A DNA stretch of 18,673 bases from Oculatellaceae cyanobacterium bins.114 (GTDB taxonomy: Bacteria; Cyanobacteriota; Cyanobacteriia; Elainellales; Elainellaceae), in NCBI GenBank assembly GCA_033764315.1, contig JANRJA010000070.1, positions 1 through 18,673 on the forward strand, written 5' to 3'. The translations under genes and the position numbers were made by a program. Positions within the stretch are counted from its first letter, which is position 1, and each line of letters starts with the position of its first letter. This document shows, in pieces, positions 1 to 8,819 of this stretch. Below the pieces are notes generated by a model that had not been told where the DNA came from, did not search any database, and worked only from the letters and a program-made list of their open reading frames with translations.

Positions 1-80
1 AATACGACCCAAAGGGGATACTCGGGTTGAGACCGGAAGTCTTGAATCTGTTGCAGATGCTTAATGAGACTCATCGTTGA
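1..80 (+). CDS. Probable 3' end of an upstream gene, frame ambiguous
   Basis: Two + frames are open from the window edge: IRPKGDTRVETGSLESVADA* (stop 62-64) and YDPKGILGLRPEVLNLLQMLNETHR* (stop 78-80); a terminator-like hairpin follows at once. Confidence 0.3.
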   Translation, partial: YDPKGILGLRPEVLNLLQMLNETHR

Positions 81-118
81 GAAGATGGAGAGGACAGTTT
101 CTCCATTTTCTATTTTCT
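80..118 (+). terminator. Putative intrinsic terminator
   Basis: AGAAGATGGAGA-ggacagtt-TCTCCATTTTCT: 12-bp stem with one G-U pair, followed by ATTTTCT. Confidence 0.55.
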
Positions 119-133
119 ACAGTCAGTAGATCA

Positions 134-167
134 GCCCTGCCTTACCAAAGGGAGGTTGGGAGGAGTT
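134..167. repeat. Degenerate cyanobacterial CCCCCCTT..AAGGGGGG-type intergenic repeat
   Basis: CCCTGCCTTACCAAAGGGAGGTTGGGAGGAG resembles the common CCCCCTTACCAAGGGGGGGTTGGGGGG palindromic repeat of filamentous cyanobacteria (recalled pattern). Confidence 0.4.
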
Positions 168-235
168 GCATTTGCATCATTTGCACTGTTTTCAAATCGA
201 ATTGATATTAGAAGACTTGTGTATCTACGGTAGCT

Positions 236-1639
236 ATGGAGAGTGGGATGTTTCAATCAGCATCAGAAGCGCAACGGAGTCAAGCCGATCTATCGTCAGA
301 CAGTCAACAAAGTGGGTCTGAAGAACCGCCAAACCTACCCACAACAGATACCGTTTCACCCCTGGACATTAGCCCTTGGAGGAATCCACTCAAACCACAT
401 CCAACCCGCTGGGCATTGGCTGTTGTTGCTGGAGTCATGGTAGCAACAGGAACCGCGATCGCCCTGCCGCGACTCTTGATAACGCAAAGTCAGCAAACCC
501 ACTCAACCCTCGAATTACCTGTGCAAACCACGACGGTGACATCGGTACAAGCCTACACCGTGACTCGATCTTACACGGGTCAAGTGACCGCCACACGCAC
601 CAGTGAGATTGGTTTTGAGCAATCTGGAACGCTCGTTTGGGTGGGAGTAGACCAGGGCGATCGCGTGCAGACAGGGGATGCGATCGCTCGACTCGACACC
701 CAAAATCTGGAGGCTCACCTGAATCAACTACGGGCACAAAAGGCACAGGCAGAAGCGGTGTTACAGGAGTTACGCAATGGCCCACGAGCCGAAGTGATTG
801 CCGCTGCCCAAGCTCAGGTGAGTGATTTGCAAAATCAGTTGGCGTTAGAGGACATTCGGCGCGATCGCCGCGAGTATTTGCAACAAGAGGGTGCCATCTC
901 AAGGGAACAACTGGATGAAGTCACCTACAACCGCAATGCCCTTCAAGCACGTTTGAGAACAGCACACAGTCAACTGTTAGAGTTAGAAAATGGCACTCGA
1001 ACTGAACAAATTGCTGCACAACTAGCAGTTGTACAACAGTTAGAGGCGAGTATTGCAGATGTTGCTATTACGATCGCCAAAAGCACGATTAGAGCACCTT
1101 TTGCTGGCGTCATCGGAGAACGATACCTGGATGAAGGCGTTGTCGTAAATGCGGGTCAAGCGATCGTTCGAGTCGTAGAAGGGGGAAGATCAGAAGTTGA
1201 AGTGGGCATTCCTGATGCAGCCACCTCACAGTTAGCAATAGGCAGCACTCAAGCGATACACATCGGGGAACGTCAGTATGCGGCTCAGGTGGTCGCTGTG
1301 AAGCCTGAGGTCAATCCAACGACTCGCACCCGCACGGTAGTGTTAGCAATTCAGGATACATCGGCTGGAACTATTGCCCCCGATCAGATTGCTCGGCTAG
1401 ATGTGACTCAAACTGTTCCCACCGACGGGTTTTGGGTACCCATCACCGCTCTAACTCAGAGCGATCGCGGTTTGTGGTCTTGTTTTGTGGTCGTCAATCA
1501 CAGTCTCGAACGACGCGATGTTGAAGTGTTGCACACCGAGAGCGATCGCGTGTTAGTGCGAGGCTTGTTGCAAGCGGGCGATCGCGTCGTGATTGATGGC
1601 ACACAACGCCTCGTTCCAGGTCAATCCATTCAAGGTTAA
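236..1639 (+). CDS. RND efflux periplasmic adaptor (membrane fusion protein, HlyD/AcrA family)
   Basis: N-terminal TM helix (WALAVVAGVMVATGTAIAL), lipoyl halves (VDQGDRVQTGDAIARLD; IRAPFAGVI), long coiled-coil hairpin, VNPTTRTRTV, GLLQAGDRVVIDG. ATG at 248 (GGAG 6 nt upstream) is a plausible alternative start. Confidence 0.93.
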   Translation: MESGMFQSASEAQRSQADLSSDSQQSGSEEPPNLPTTDTVSPLDISPWRNPLKPHPTRWALAVVAGVMVATGTAIALPRLLITQSQQTHSTLELPVQTTTVTSVQAYTVTRSYTGQVTATRTSEIGFEQSGTLVWVGVDQGDRVQTGDAIARLDTQNLEAHLNQLRAQKAQAEAVLQELRNGPRAEVIAAAQAQVSDLQNQLALEDIRRDRREYLQQEGAISREQLDEVTYNRNALQARLRTAHSQLLELENGTRTEQIAAQLAVVQQLEASIADVAITIAKSTIRAPFAGVIGERYLDEGVVVNAGQAIVRVVEGGRSEVEVGIPDAATSQLAIGSTQAIHIGERQYAAQVVAVKPEVNPTTRTRTVVLAIQDTSAGTIAPDQIARLDVTQTVPTDGFWVPITALTQSDRGLWSCFVVVNHSLERRDVEVLHTESDRVLVRGLLQAGDRVVIDGTQRLVPGQSIQG

Positions 1640-1643
1640 ATCG

Positions 1644-2342
1644 ATGAAACTTTATTATGCTCGACCTTCTCTCTATGCTCGTCCCGTTTGGCTGGCACTC
1701 CTGGAAAAGCAAATTCCCTTTGAGTTGGTGCCTGTCAATTTAGGGAGTGAACAATTTGAAGCCGATTTCTTAGCCCTCAATCCTTTTGGACATGTCCCAG
1801 TGCTGCTGGATGGTGACTTTCGCCTGATTGAATCGCAAGCCATGCTGGATTATCTAGAGGCCAAATATCCTACCCCAGCGTTATTGCCCAGCGATGCTGA
1901 AACCCTTGCCAAGGTGCGGATGGTGCAATATGTGGCGTTAAATGAATTGCTGCCTGCGATCGCCGGATTGTTGATTTACGACGCAGACACCCCCGATTTT
2001 CGATACGCTCACTACCGCATTGCAACCACGTTGAACTTCTTAGAATCTATGCAGCACGATGCAGCGGACTCTCCCTATGTCGCAGGCGAACAATTCACCC
2101 TGGCAGACATTGTGGCTGGAGTTTTGATTCCCATGTTGCCCATGTTAGAAGTCTCTCTCACCCCCTATTCCTGGCTCAATGCCTGGTCTGAGCGGTTAAT
2201 GGCTCGTCCCTCCTGGCAAGCTATCCAACTCAGTGCAGCGGAATGGAATGACTTTAAACGGCAGATGAAGGTGATTCCAAAAGTCTGGCAACGGCGGCGA
2301 CGACAACGGGCTGAACAACTCCAACAGATTCAATCATCATGA
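1644..2342 (+). CDS. Glutathione S-transferase family protein
   Basis: MKLYYARPSLYARPVWLALLEK, LNPFGHVPVLLDGDFRLIESQAMLDYL (cis-Pro and ES motifs), YVAGEQFTLADI. Start set at ATG 1644, 4 nt after the MFP stop; TGA overlaps the RND ATG (ATGA). Confidence 0.92.
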   Translation: MKLYYARPSLYARPVWLALLEKQIPFELVPVNLGSEQFEADFLALNPFGHVPVLLDGDFRLIESQAMLDYLEAKYPTPALLPSDAETLAKVRMVQYVALNELLPAIAGLLIYDADTPDFRYAHYRIATTLNFLESMQHDAADSPYVAGEQFTLADIVAGVLIPMLPMLEVSLTPYSWLNAWSERLMARPSWQAIQLSAAEWNDFKRQMKVIPKVWQRRRRQRAEQLQQIQSS

Positions 2343-5300
2343 CAACGCTGTTTTATCGCAATACTCGGTTACTGATTTTGACCCTGGTGTTGATTGTGGT
2401 TTGGGGCATCTCGGCGTTTGTGTCGCTGCCCCGTCTAGAAGACCCAGAGATCAGTCAACGCACCGCTGTGATCACAACCCTGTTTCCGGGTGCCAGTAGC
2501 GATCGCGTCGAAGCGTTAGTCACCGAAGTGATGGAAGACGAACTCGCGGAGATTGAAGAAATTGACACACTGGAATCCAGTTCTAGCCTGGGAATCTCCA
2601 TTGTCACCGTCAACTTAAAAGAAACTGTCAAAGCCGTAGAACCCGTTTGGCAGCGAGTTCGCAGCAAAGTGGATGATGCTGTATCACGGTTGCCTCAGGG
2701 CGCACTAGAGCCAACCTATGAAGACAAAGAGGTAAAGGCTAACGCCTTGATTGTGGGGTTAGTTTGGACGTCGGAGGCTCCTGTCAACTACGGCATTTTG
2801 CGACGTTGGGCAGAAACCCTGGAAGACAAATTAGGATTTCTTCCTGGAACCGATCAGGTCGAGGTGTTTGGCGACCCGCAGGAAGAAATTCGGGTGGAGA
2901 TCCGGCAGAGCGATCTAGCCATGCTGGGTGTAACAACGCAAGAACTAGCAGAGCAGATTCAAGCCAGTGATGCCAAAGTCAGTGCCGGACAACTCCGCAA
3001 CCCCAACCAAGATCTGGTATTTGAACTGTCAGATGAATTGAACTCCCTAGAGCGGATTCGGGCCATTCCCATTCGCACTGCAACCGGGGGAGAGGTTGCC
3101 CGCTTGGGAGACATCGCTGAGGTGCATCGCACCATTCGAGAACCCGCCGATAATTTGGCATTTGTGACAGGTAAACCTGCGATCGCTCTGGCGGCTACCC
3201 TTGATTCGGCTCGTCGCGTCGATCAGTGGACTCAGTCTGCCCGTCAAATGTTGCAAGACTTTCAGACTCAACTGCCTACTGGAATTACGATTCACACCAT
3301 TCTCGATCAGAGTCGCTACGTCAATCGGCGCATTAATGGCGTGTTGCAAGAGTTGTTGATCGGCTCTCTGTTGGCGACCTTAGTGATCACCGTCATGATG
3401 GGCTGGCGATCGGCACTCGTCGTCGGTATCGCCTCCCCATTAGCCTGTTTGCTGGTGTTTGGCTGGATGCAAATTTTAGGCGTGCCGCTGCATCAGATGT
3501 CGTTAACCGGGTTGATCATTGCTATTGGTCTGTTGATCGACAATGCCATCGTCATGGTAGACGAGGTGCAGGTGCGCTTACATCAAGGGATGACACCCAT
3601 TCAGGCGATCGCTGATAGCTCCCATCATATGGCGATTCCCCTGGCTAGTTCTACTCTGACAACCGTACTGGCATTTATGCCCATTACACTGCAACCTGGC
3701 AGCGTGGGCGAATTCACAGGCACCATTGGACTCAGCGGTATTTTGGGCTTGATCAGTTCCCTTGTTATCTCTCTGACGGTGTTGCCTGCGCTCTCAGGTC
3801 TATTGCATCGCTGGGGACATGACCTGCGCTTACCCCAATGGGCTAAAACGGGAGTGTCCTTTCCCCGGTTGACCCAGGAGTATCGTCACAGTTTAAGTGC
3901 CGCATTGCATCGACCCATCTTGGCGATCGCCCTCTGTCTGATCCTTCCGGTCATGGGGTTTGCCGTGGCTCCCCATCTCAACCAACAATTTTTTCCACCT
4001 ACAGGACGCGATCAGTTTTACATCGATTTTGAGTTGCCAGAGCAAACTTCATTGACCCAAACACAAGCCCAAACCGCCGCCGCACGAGAGCTAATGTTGC
4101 ATCATCCTCAGGTGACAGAGGTGCATTGGTTTTTGGGCAAGAGTGCCCCCATGTTTTATTACAATGTGGTTGGCAAGCGTGAAAACGAATCGAACTACGC
4201 CCAGGGCTGGGTGCAATTGCAGTCAGGCGTATTACCTGCTCCGGTGATTCAAACCTTGCAAACTGAGTTAAATCAAGCCTTTCCCAAAGCTCGTGTGATG
4301 GTGCGACAGATTGAACAGGGTCCGCCCTACGATGCCCCGATTGAGGTGCGGCTGTATGGCTCAGATCTGAACACCTTACGGCAACTGGGCGAACATGTTC
4401 GAGGTGAGTTTCAGCCCATTCCTGAAGTCGTTCACACTCGCGCCAGTTTGACCGAAGCCCAACCCAAATTAGCGATCGCTGTCGATGAAGAACAGGCACG
4501 CCTGGTAGGACTCGATCGAGCAGCGATCGCCCATCAGCTTGACACCACTTTAGAAGGGGCCATCGGGGGTTCCATTTTAGAGCAGACCGAAGAGTTACCC
4601 GTGCGAGTGCGTCTTGCCGATGCCCAACGAGCCGATCTAAACCAGGTTGCCGGGTTAGATTTATTAGCCAGTGGAGCACGTACCCAACCCATTCCCTTTT
4701 CGTCAGTGGCACAGGTGACGCTGGTGCCCGATGTGCCCACTATCAATCGTCGCAATGGACAGCGGGTAAACACCGTGCAGGTCTTTCTCACCGCGGGCAC
4801 TCTGCCTGCAACCGTGCAAAGTCAATTTGAGCAACACCTGCAACAAAGCCAATGGCAATTGCCAACCGGATATACCTGGGAGTTTGGCGGCGAGTCTGCT
4901 GAACGGGGTGAATCGATTGCCAACTTACTCTCAACGGTTGCCGTATTAACGGTATTGATGGTTGCTACTCTGGTACTCACGTTTAACTCCTTTGCACTGG
5001 CCGCTAGCATTGGGGCGATCGCCCTCCTTTCGGCGGGTTTAGGCTTGCTGGCATTATGGATCTCAGGCTATCCCTTCGGTTTCACCGCCATCTTAGGCAC
5101 CATTGGCTTGATTGGCATTGGAGTGAATGAGGCAACCGTCATCGTCTCAGCCCTACAAAGCAATGACGCTGCCAAACAGGGAGATCGGACTGCCATTCAA
5201 CAGGTCGTTGTTCACGCCACGCGTCACTTAGTGGCAACTACCATCACCGATGTGGCAGGTTTCACACCCCTGTTGTTTGACCCCACAGGCTTTTGGAACC

Positions 5301-5455
5301 CACTGGCGATCGTCATTGCAGGTGGCTTAGGAGGTGTCACCCTATTGTCGATTTACTTTGTTCCTGCTGTGTTTTTGATGCTGCACAAACCCTCTAGACA
5401 GCACTCAAACGACACTCTTTTGCCAGCACCAATAAAGGCATCTCTGTTTGAATAG
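2339..5455 (+). CDS. RND efflux permease (AcrB/AcrD/AcrF superfamily)
   Basis: 1038 aa; LPRLEDPEI, FPGASSDRVEALVT, TM4 GLLIDNAIV, QQFFPP, INRRNGQRVNTV, WNPLAIVIAGGL; two-repeat 12-TM architecture. Confidence 0.95.
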   Translation: MTTLFYRNTRLLILTLVLIVVWGISAFVSLPRLEDPEISQRTAVITTLFPGASSDRVEALVTEVMEDELAEIEEIDTLESSSSLGISIVTVNLKETVKAVEPVWQRVRSKVDDAVSRLPQGALEPTYEDKEVKANALIVGLVWTSEAPVNYGILRRWAETLEDKLGFLPGTDQVEVFGDPQEEIRVEIRQSDLAMLGVTTQELAEQIQASDAKVSAGQLRNPNQDLVFELSDELNSLERIRAIPIRTATGGEVARLGDIAEVHRTIREPADNLAFVTGKPAIALAATLDSARRVDQWTQSARQMLQDFQTQLPTGITIHTILDQSRYVNRRINGVLQELLIGSLLATLVITVMMGWRSALVVGIASPLACLLVFGWMQILGVPLHQMSLTGLIIAIGLLIDNAIVMVDEVQVRLHQGMTPIQAIADSSHHMAIPLASSTLTTVLAFMPITLQPGSVGEFTGTIGLSGILGLISSLVISLTVLPALSGLLHRWGHDLRLPQWAKTGVSFPRLTQEYRHSLSAALHRPILAIALCLILPVMGFAVAPHLNQQFFPPTGRDQFYIDFELPEQTSLTQTQAQTAAARELMLHHPQVTEVHWFLGKSAPMFYYNVVGKRENESNYAQGWVQLQSGVLPAPVIQTLQTELNQAFPKARVMVRQIEQGPPYDAPIEVRLYGSDLNTLRQLGEHVRGEFQPIPEVVHTRASLTEAQPKLAIAVDEEQARLVGLDRAAIAHQLDTTLEGAIGGSILEQTEELPVRVRLADAQRADLNQVAGLDLLASGARTQPIPFSSVAQVTLVPDVPTINRRNGQRVNTVQVFLTAGTLPATVQSQFEQHLQQSQWQLPTGYTWEFGGESAERGESIANLLSTVAVLTVLMVATLVLTFNSFALAASIGAIALLSAGLGLLALWISGYPFGFTAILGTIGLIGIGVNEATVIVSALQSNDAAKQGDRTAIQQVVVHATRHLVATTITDVAGFTPLLFDPTGFWNPLAIVIAGGLGGVTLLSIYFVPAVFLMLHKPSRQHSNDTLLPAPIKASLFE

Positions 5456-5476
5456 GGTGGGCAGTGCTTACCTTAC
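5453..5476. repeat. Degenerate REP-like palindrome overlapping the RND stop codon
   Basis: TAGGGTGGGCAGTGCTTACCTTAC matches the (G)TAGGGTGGGCA.TGCCCACCCTAC pattern, with mismatches still compatible with G-U pairing. Confidence 0.5.
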
Positions 5477-5576
5477 GATTTGGGGCTTATTCTGAGTGCA
5501 GAGGAATGAAGTACTTGCAAATGGCAGTGAAGGTATTACAGCGATCGTTCAACTTTTATCTGACTCTCTTGTTTGG

Positions 5577-5737
5577 TATAGCCGTAGTCATTCAGGTTAG
5601 GGTAGTCCTCTAAAAGTAATGATTTTTGAGTAAGGATATGCCGCGCGGAGAACGGCATATCCTTACTTGTTGACTACCCAGGTTAGGACGGGGTGTGGGG
5701 CTTCAACGTCGCCTTTTCAATTCAACTTGGTCTTATA
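5577..5737. mobile_element. TATAGC-ended MITE-like repeat, copy 1 (interrupted by the 78-bp MITE)
   Basis: Removing the insertion and one TSD copy gives TATAGCC-N12-GTTAGGACGGGGTG, the same layout as at 8820. Right end (TTATA ~5733-5737) is degenerate and approximate. Confidence 0.6.
5601..5678 (+). mobile_element. 78-bp MITE, copy A
   Basis: Terminal inverted repeats GGTAGTC...GACTACC; 8-bp direct repeat CAGGTTAG at 5593-5600 and 5679-5686; perfect 15-bp internal stem 5629-5643/5653-5667; second copy at 15252-15328. Confidence 0.88.
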
Positions 5738-5750
5738 ATCTTGGGCTAAG

Positions 5751-6347
5751 TCAAGCACTCGCAGTCTTGTGGAGTGCCAGTTGAATACGCCGGATCTGCT
5801 CTTCAGCCGCTCTAAAATTAGAATCAAACGTCAAAGCTTGTTGATATTCTGCCAGCGCAGCTTCCAAGTTGCCTTGCTGTTGCAAAATGTCGCCCAAGTT
5901 GAAGTGAACTAACGTGTAGGCATTTGTCGCTGTAGCGTCTTCATTTGAGTAGGTCAATGCTTGATGAAACGTGGCGATCGCCTCTTCCACTCGTCCTGCA
6001 TTCCGCAAGGCTACCCCAAGATTGTTATAACCCAGCGACGTCGGATGCAACGCGATCGAGCGTTGATAAGCTAGAGTGGCTTCCTGCCAGCGTTCTTGAT
6101 GGGCTAATGAAACCCCTAAGTTAGTATATAGCGTCGCCCTAGCATCTCGATTGAGCAGATCCCCATATTCTCGTAAGAGTCGCTGCCAAATCGATTCGGC
6201 ATGAGCAAAATTTTGATCTTCCTCGGCAGCTAACCCTTGTCGAAACAACTGTCGATATTCAACATCAGAATGAGCCAAGACTGGTTTAGAGATAACCATC
6301 AATGAAAGAGTCAACGTTAAGAGCGCAATGAAGCGAGAGGCTCTCAT
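5751..6347 (-). CDS. Exported tetratricopeptide-repeat protein
   Basis: Signal peptide (MRASR, hydrophobic core, VLA|H), about 4 TPR motifs (LYTNLGVSLA, YNNLGVALRNAGRVEEAI, HFNLGDILQQQGNLEAAL); SD AGGAGG upstream. Confidence 0.88.
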   Translation of the reverse strand: MRASRFIALLTLTLSLMVISKPVLAHSDVEYRQLFRQGLAAEEDQNFAHAESIWQRLLREYGDLLNRDARATLYTNLGVSLAHQERWQEATLAYQRSIALHPTSLGYNNLGVALRNAGRVEEAIATFHQALTYSNEDATATNAYTLVHFNLGDILQQQGNLEAALAEYQQALTFDSNFRAAEEQIRRIQLALHKTASA

Positions 6348-6477
6348 GACAACACCCTCCTTTTAAGTGGAGCTGAGTTTCTATACAACTAACTACTCAG
6401 TTACTTTTTAGGGTTCCAGAAGAGCTTGACTAAACTCAACAAAGAGCTTTCTCAAAGCATTGCACCTGTGTCATAGG

Positions 6478-8601
6478 TTAGGGTGGCGATCGCCGTAACA
6501 GTTGTTGAGCCGTATTACTAGGAGTGTAGGAATAACCAAATGTAGATTGGTCAGAATCATTGATGACTTGGGGCGTCAATAGCACAATCACCTCTCGTCG
6601 CTCGTTTTGCCGATTGGTACTTCTAAACAATGCCCCTAACAAGGGGATGTCACCCAGAAGAGGCACTTTAGAAACCGTAACGCGATCGGAATCTTGAATG
6701 ATGCCGGTGAGAATTAGAGTTTGTCCATCCCGCAACCGAACCTGACCCGACTCCAGCGATCGCGACGAGAGCAAAGTCGTGACTGAGTCATCGGGATTGG
6801 TTTGTTGTCCTACAGGAGCCGTGACCGTGGGGGCAACCGATAGCGTCACAAAACCGTTGTCATCAATGCGGCTGACCTCAATCACTAACGTCAGACCTGC
6901 CGCCCGTGGATCATCTTGATCAAAGGAAACCACATTCCCCTCATCGTCAAACGTGGTAGTGCCCGTGGAGGTTTGCACCTCTTGAGTCAGAGCAACCGTG
7001 GCGCGTTGACCTTCTTGAACAATTAAGGTTGGGTCAGTCAAAATCTTGGCATTGCCGCTGGTGATTTCTGCTTCAAGCAAGGCCGTAAAAGCATTGCTCG
7101 TGGCAGTGCCCGTGAAATCATTGACGTTGACTGAGCCTGCCCCATCCAGATTGGCAGATTCTAACCCTTGAAAAAAGACATCACCAATACCAAAGGAAAA
7201 ACTAGCCCCAATCGTTTCGATCGCCGATAAATTAACATCTACGATTTGCACATTCACCGCGACTTGACGCCGCCGCACATCCAACTGAGTTAGCCCAGAA
7301 GTGGCGAGTTCAATCTGCCTCGGCGTGCCAATCATCGTTAAAGTATTCGTGCGCTCATCCCCTAATACCAGCAATCCCCGTAAGGGAGGAGTGGTGTCTT
7401 CATAGCTGACTCGTTGCGTTTCAATGCGCTGTTCAGTGGTGGTTTGAGTTTGTGTAACAGCAGGTGAAAAAGGCGACTCATTGCCCTGTGGAAACTGCAC
7501 CGGAACCGCATTCACACTGGTGATCAGTCGTTCTCGGCTAACCGCACTCTCTGCACCCATACCCACTAAAAAATTAAGTGCTGTGCCTACTTGCACTTGA
7601 TTTAAGCGCAAACTCCGAAAGCTTAAGTTGCGAGCGGCATTAGGCAAGCGGGTACTGACAAAAATAGTGCGTCCCCGACGATTTCCCTCTAACCCAGTAA
7701 GTTGCAATACATAGTTAAACACATCTTGAATTGGCTCATTCTCAATGTCTAACGAAATGGTGGGTTCCACAGGGTTAGCCGCATTTTCCTGTCCTTGCCC
7801 AGGGGGTGGCGTCTCGTCATAGGCCAGATTCAGGTCAGCGGCTCGTGCAAGTAGGGCTAACACATCCCGCACACGGGCTTCTCGCAACACCAATCGAGGC
7901 ACTCGCTCAGATGTTCCTAAATTCACAAAACTGGGGGAGGCATCCACATTAGAGACCGCAATATCGCCTAATGGAGGGGCGATCGCTCTTGGTTGTAGGG
8001 GCACCTGCTGAACGGCAGGTCGATCGGGCAAATCTCCCTCAATTTGAATCGTGGGATTTGGTACCAAAACCTCTGGTCTTGCAGGAACCTGTGCCGAGCG
8101 GAACGGAGTTGCCTGCGATAGGGGTAAATCGGCAGGGGGCAGGGGTAGTGAGTCACTGGTTTGAGAATGGATCGGAGGAATGATTGTAAATGCTAGGTTT
8201 TCTCCAGTCGCTTGGGCAATCTCGCCACTAGGGGCGGTTGTTGTGCCCGTTACGGTAATGCGAACGCGATCGCGATCATATTGGTTCACCATGACCGAGC
8301 TAATGCCAGGAGTTGGGTTGGTTTGCAGAAATCCATTGCCGTGGCTCAAGGTCAAACGGCTATTGGGGATGTCAACCACCCACTGATTCTCATACCTCCC
8401 CACAACTTGAGGATGATTGCTCGTGGCGTTTTGAGGCGTAGAGTTAGCCGTGGATGTATCTAGAATGAGTTCTAATCCACCATCAGCAGGGTTGAGTTGC
8501 ACCGCCGTAATTTGAGTCTCACTGGCTTGAGCAGGTTGAACTCCCATTAGCACAACGGTTCCTGCCATAAATAGATGAATTGAGGCACCAGTTAATCTCA
8601 C
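6478..8601 (-). CDS. pilQ: PilQ/GspD-family outer-membrane secretin with N-terminal AMIN domain (probable pilQ paralogue)
   Basis: GTG start with AAGGA SD; signal peptide ending AQA; AMIN domain (ITAVQLNPADGGLELIL...VRITVTG); cyanobacterial PilQ-like PRAIAPPLGDIAVSN and RLVLREARVRDVLALLARAA; DERTNTLT; secretin signature KVPLLGDIPLLGALFRS. Confidence 0.88.
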   Translation of the reverse strand: MRLTGASIHLFMAGTVVLMGVQPAQASETQITAVQLNPADGGLELILDTSTANSTPQNATSNHPQVVGRYENQWVVDIPNSRLTLSHGNGFLQTNPTPGISSVMVNQYDRDRVRITVTGTTTAPSGEIAQATGENLAFTIIPPIHSQTSDSLPLPPADLPLSQATPFRSAQVPARPEVLVPNPTIQIEGDLPDRPAVQQVPLQPRAIAPPLGDIAVSNVDASPSFVNLGTSERVPRLVLREARVRDVLALLARAADLNLAYDETPPPGQGQENAANPVEPTISLDIENEPIQDVFNYVLQLTGLEGNRRGRTIFVSTRLPNAARNLSFRSLRLNQVQVGTALNFLVGMGAESAVSRERLITSVNAVPVQFPQGNESPFSPAVTQTQTTTEQRIETQRVSYEDTTPPLRGLLVLGDERTNTLTMIGTPRQIELATSGLTQLDVRRRQVAVNVQIVDVNLSAIETIGASFSFGIGDVFFQGLESANLDGAGSVNVNDFTGTATSNAFTALLEAEITSGNAKILTDPTLIVQEGQRATVALTQEVQTSTGTTTFDDEGNVVSFDQDDPRAAGLTLVIEVSRIDDNGFVTLSVAPTVTAPVGQQTNPDDSVTTLLSSRSLESGQVRLRDGQTLILTGIIQDSDRVTVSKVPLLGDIPLLGALFRSTNRQNERREVIVLLTPQVINDSDQSTFGYSYTPSNTAQQLLRRSPP

Positions 8602-8634
8602 AGCTTTTTCCTTTACTGTCTCAGGTTTGGCTTA

Positions 8635-8768
8635 ATCCTAAGAACCTGACAGCGAGACAACAGGAGGCGAAAGTCCTGATTTAGCTAGATTTAACTGAGG
8701 TCAAAGTCCTCAATCTAAACTGGTACTAAAGTCATAGCCTGAGTCACTGAGTAGGACTATTGTCCCTG
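8635..8768 (-). promoter_or_regulatory. Putative secretin promoter with four related palindromic boxes
   Basis: GGCGAAAGTCCTG, GAGGTCAAAGTCCTC, GGTACTAAAGTCAT, AGGACTATTGTCCCT (GTC at 8673, 8706, 8731, 8762); minus-strand -10 TAGGAT at 8640-8635. Confidence 0.55.
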
Positions 8769-8819
8769 GTAGAAAAAATGAGCCATAGATTAAAGTAGCA
8801 AAAGCGTCCAAAGTATTGT

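Noticed and set aside
166-186. Three TTGCA repeats upstream of the MFP gene
   Set aside because: Short, irregularly spaced and compatible with chance.
1593-1643. Longer GST N-terminus from the ORF track
   Set aside because: Overlaps the MFP 3' end; the GST fold begins at MKLYY (1644).
3999-4712. 237-aa antisense ORF, and other short ORFs nested in the large genes
   Set aside because: Shadow frames of well-supported genes with no motifs or translation signals.
5601-5678. Hairpin repeat as CRISPR repeat, tRNA or riboswitch
   Set aside because: Only two dispersed copies about 9.6 kb apart, each with terminal inverted repeats and its own TSD; no array or cas genes.
6478-8601. Secretin as the outer-membrane channel for the neighbouring RND pump
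   Set aside because: RND/MFP pumps use TolC-family trimers; the genes are convergent and separated by repeats, so proximity alone is not evidence.
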